Shown here in pieces: positions 62,957-64,000 of a stretch of DNA of 64,000 nt. The notes below the pieces were generated by a model that was not told the DNA's origin, did not search any database, and was given only the letters and a program-made list of their open reading frames with translations. Origin of the DNA: Acidobacteriota bacterium (lineage in GTDB: Bacteria > Acidobacteriota > Thermoanaerobaculia > Multivoradales > Multivoraceae). Location: contig JAPPFP010000009.1 in NCBI GenBank assembly GCA_028877275.1, forward strand, positions 354,889 to 418,888, in the 5' to 3' direction. Position 1 is the first letter of the stretch. Every line of letters begins with the position of its first letter. The position numbers and the translations under genes are program-made.

Positions 62957-63969
62957 AGTTCCTCCACCCGGCCGTCCCGTACCGGGTAGTACACGTCGTA
63001 GAGGTTGACCGTCGGGTCGCAGTGGGGCGTGATGCAGCGGAGCCGGTCGCCGAGTTGCACGGGTCTGGACGCATCGGCGATCCGGAGGATGCCGTGCTCG
63101 TCGCCGCCCCAGCCGTAGACCACGCCGCCGACGTCGGCGAGCTGCGGGCGGTCCGCGTCCGAGGCGAACGCCTTGTAGCCGCCGTCCGTCGTGATCAGTT
63201 CCGGCACGGGCTGGCTGATCGCCGTCACCTGCACGAAGAGCGAGGTCTCGAAGTCGTCGAAGACGTCCCCGCTGCGACCGCCGATCCGCAGGTACTGCTC
63301 GTCCATGAACAGGTAGGAACCGACCTGGAGGTCGGTCATGCCATCGACCTCCGAGTCGATGTCCCAGGTGCCGGTGCCGCCGCCGCTCAACACGCTGACG
63401 GAGATGCCGTCGGCCTCGATCAGCCGCCTCGTCTCGACCGCGGCCTTGAGTGCGTCGAGGGACCGGGCCTGTCGCTCGGCGTGGCCGTGGACGTGCATCA
63501 GATGGCCGGCGTAGGCCTGAAGACCGCGCAGGTCGAGATGGGGCAGGCCGTCGATCGTCCGCGCCAGCTCGAGCGCCGGCTCGCCGGTGGCGACACCGGT
63601 ACGCCGGGTACCGACATCGAGGTCGACCAGGACGCGCTGGGTGACGCCTTCGGAGGCCGCGGCCTGGTGGAGCCGTTCGGCCGCGGCCTGGTGGTCGACC
63701 ACCAGGGTGACCTCGGGGCTCTGTTTCGAGAGGGCGACGACCCGCCCGATCTTGTCGTCGGTCACGACCGGCGACGTGATCAGGACCTCGTCGATGCCCG
63801 CCTCGACCATGACCTCCGCCTCGCTGACCTTGGCGCAGCAGACGCCGACCGCGCCGAGTTCGATCTGGCGTTTCGCCAGGAGCGGGCACTTGTGGGTCTT
63901 CGTGTGGGGGCGCAGCGAGATGCCCCGTTCCTCGGCGTGGGCGGCCATCTTCGCCAGGTTCAACTCCAT
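62923..63969 (-). CDS. DSD1-family PLP enzyme (alanine-racemase-N-domain; D-serine deaminase / D-threonine aldolase-like)
   Basis: LRPHTKTHKC PLP-lysine motif and a TIM-barrel plus beta C-domain layout. Confidence 0.75.
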   Translation of the reverse strand: MELNLAKMAAHAEERGISLRPHTKTHKCPLLAKRQIELGAVGVCCAKVSEAEVMVEAGIDEVLITSPVVTDDKIGRVVALSKQSPEVTLVVDHQAAAERLHQAAASEGVTQRVLVDLDVGTRRTGVATGEPALELARTIDGLPHLDLRGLQAYAGHLMHVHGHAERQARSLDALKAAVETRRLIEADGISVSVLSGGGTGTWDIDSEVDGMTDLQVGSYLFMDEQYLRIGGRSGDVFDDFETSLFVQVTAISQPVPELITTDGGYKAFASDADRPQLADVGGVVYGWGGDEHGILRIADASRPVQLGDRLRCITPHCDPTVNLYDVYYPVRDGRVEELWPISARGKSQ

Positions 63970-64000
63970 CCTGGCGACGTCGACGAGCAGCGCCGGCGTC

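Noticed and set aside
1-64000. CRISPR arrays, tRNA/rRNA genes, IS elements, integrases, phage genes, toxin-antitoxin or restriction-modification systems
   Set aside because: I searched for direct-repeat/spacer periodicity, tRNA-like cloverleaf candidates, and transposase/integrase/nuclease/helicase/ATPase signatures, and found none. The only repeat-like structure is the inverted-repeat element at 21016..21218. The window looks like core and accessory metabolism, not a defence island.

Overview
Dense, very high-GC bacterial chromosomal segment (GC estimated by eye at about 70%; third codon positions are strongly G/C). It holds roughly 60 protein-coding genes and one ribosomal-protein gene (rpsD). 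I found no tRNA, rRNA, CRISPR array, transposase, integrase or phage genes. Most of the long ORFs in the six-frame track are antisense or out-of-frame artefacts of the GC richness, so I called genes from codon bias, family motifs, start-codon context and start/stop coupling. MltA, an ArnT/PMT-like GT39, a LolD/FtsX-type ABC system, lipoboxes and a Tat signal point to a diderm (Gram-negative-type) host; phylum cannot be fixed from sequence alone. The window is metabolic and accessory in character: lipid/ester turnover, many SDR, MBL and aminotransferase genes, and three sulfur-related modules (sqdB, a PAPS-type sulfotransferase, a sulfatase-like hydrolase). The most interesting candidates are these. 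(1) A divergent sqdB (UDP-sulfoquinovose synthase) locus partnered with a MurG/MGD-type GT28 glycosyltransferase, a deacetylase-like protein and a FemAB-like GNAT, which does not match the known SqdX/SQD2 (GT4) or SqdD (GT8) routes. In this sqdB the Rossmann motif lies upstream of the first canonical start codon. (2) A translationally coupled five-gene neutral-lipid operon: WS/DGAT, lipase, WS/DGAT, phasin-like protein, GNAT. (3) An FAD/NAD(P) oxidoreductase-SelD fusion next to a PA0069-family radical SAM gene. (4) A PhyH, sulfotransferase, class-IV aminotransferase, GT39 tailoring operon. (5) A roughly 200-bp element with about 36-nt inverted-repeat arms downstream of two convergent genes. 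(6) A c-type heme plus copper-monooxygenase-like fusion protein with no canonical start upstream of its signal-peptide-like region. Coordinates of non-ORF-track elements (hairpins, repeats) may be off by 1-2 nt.
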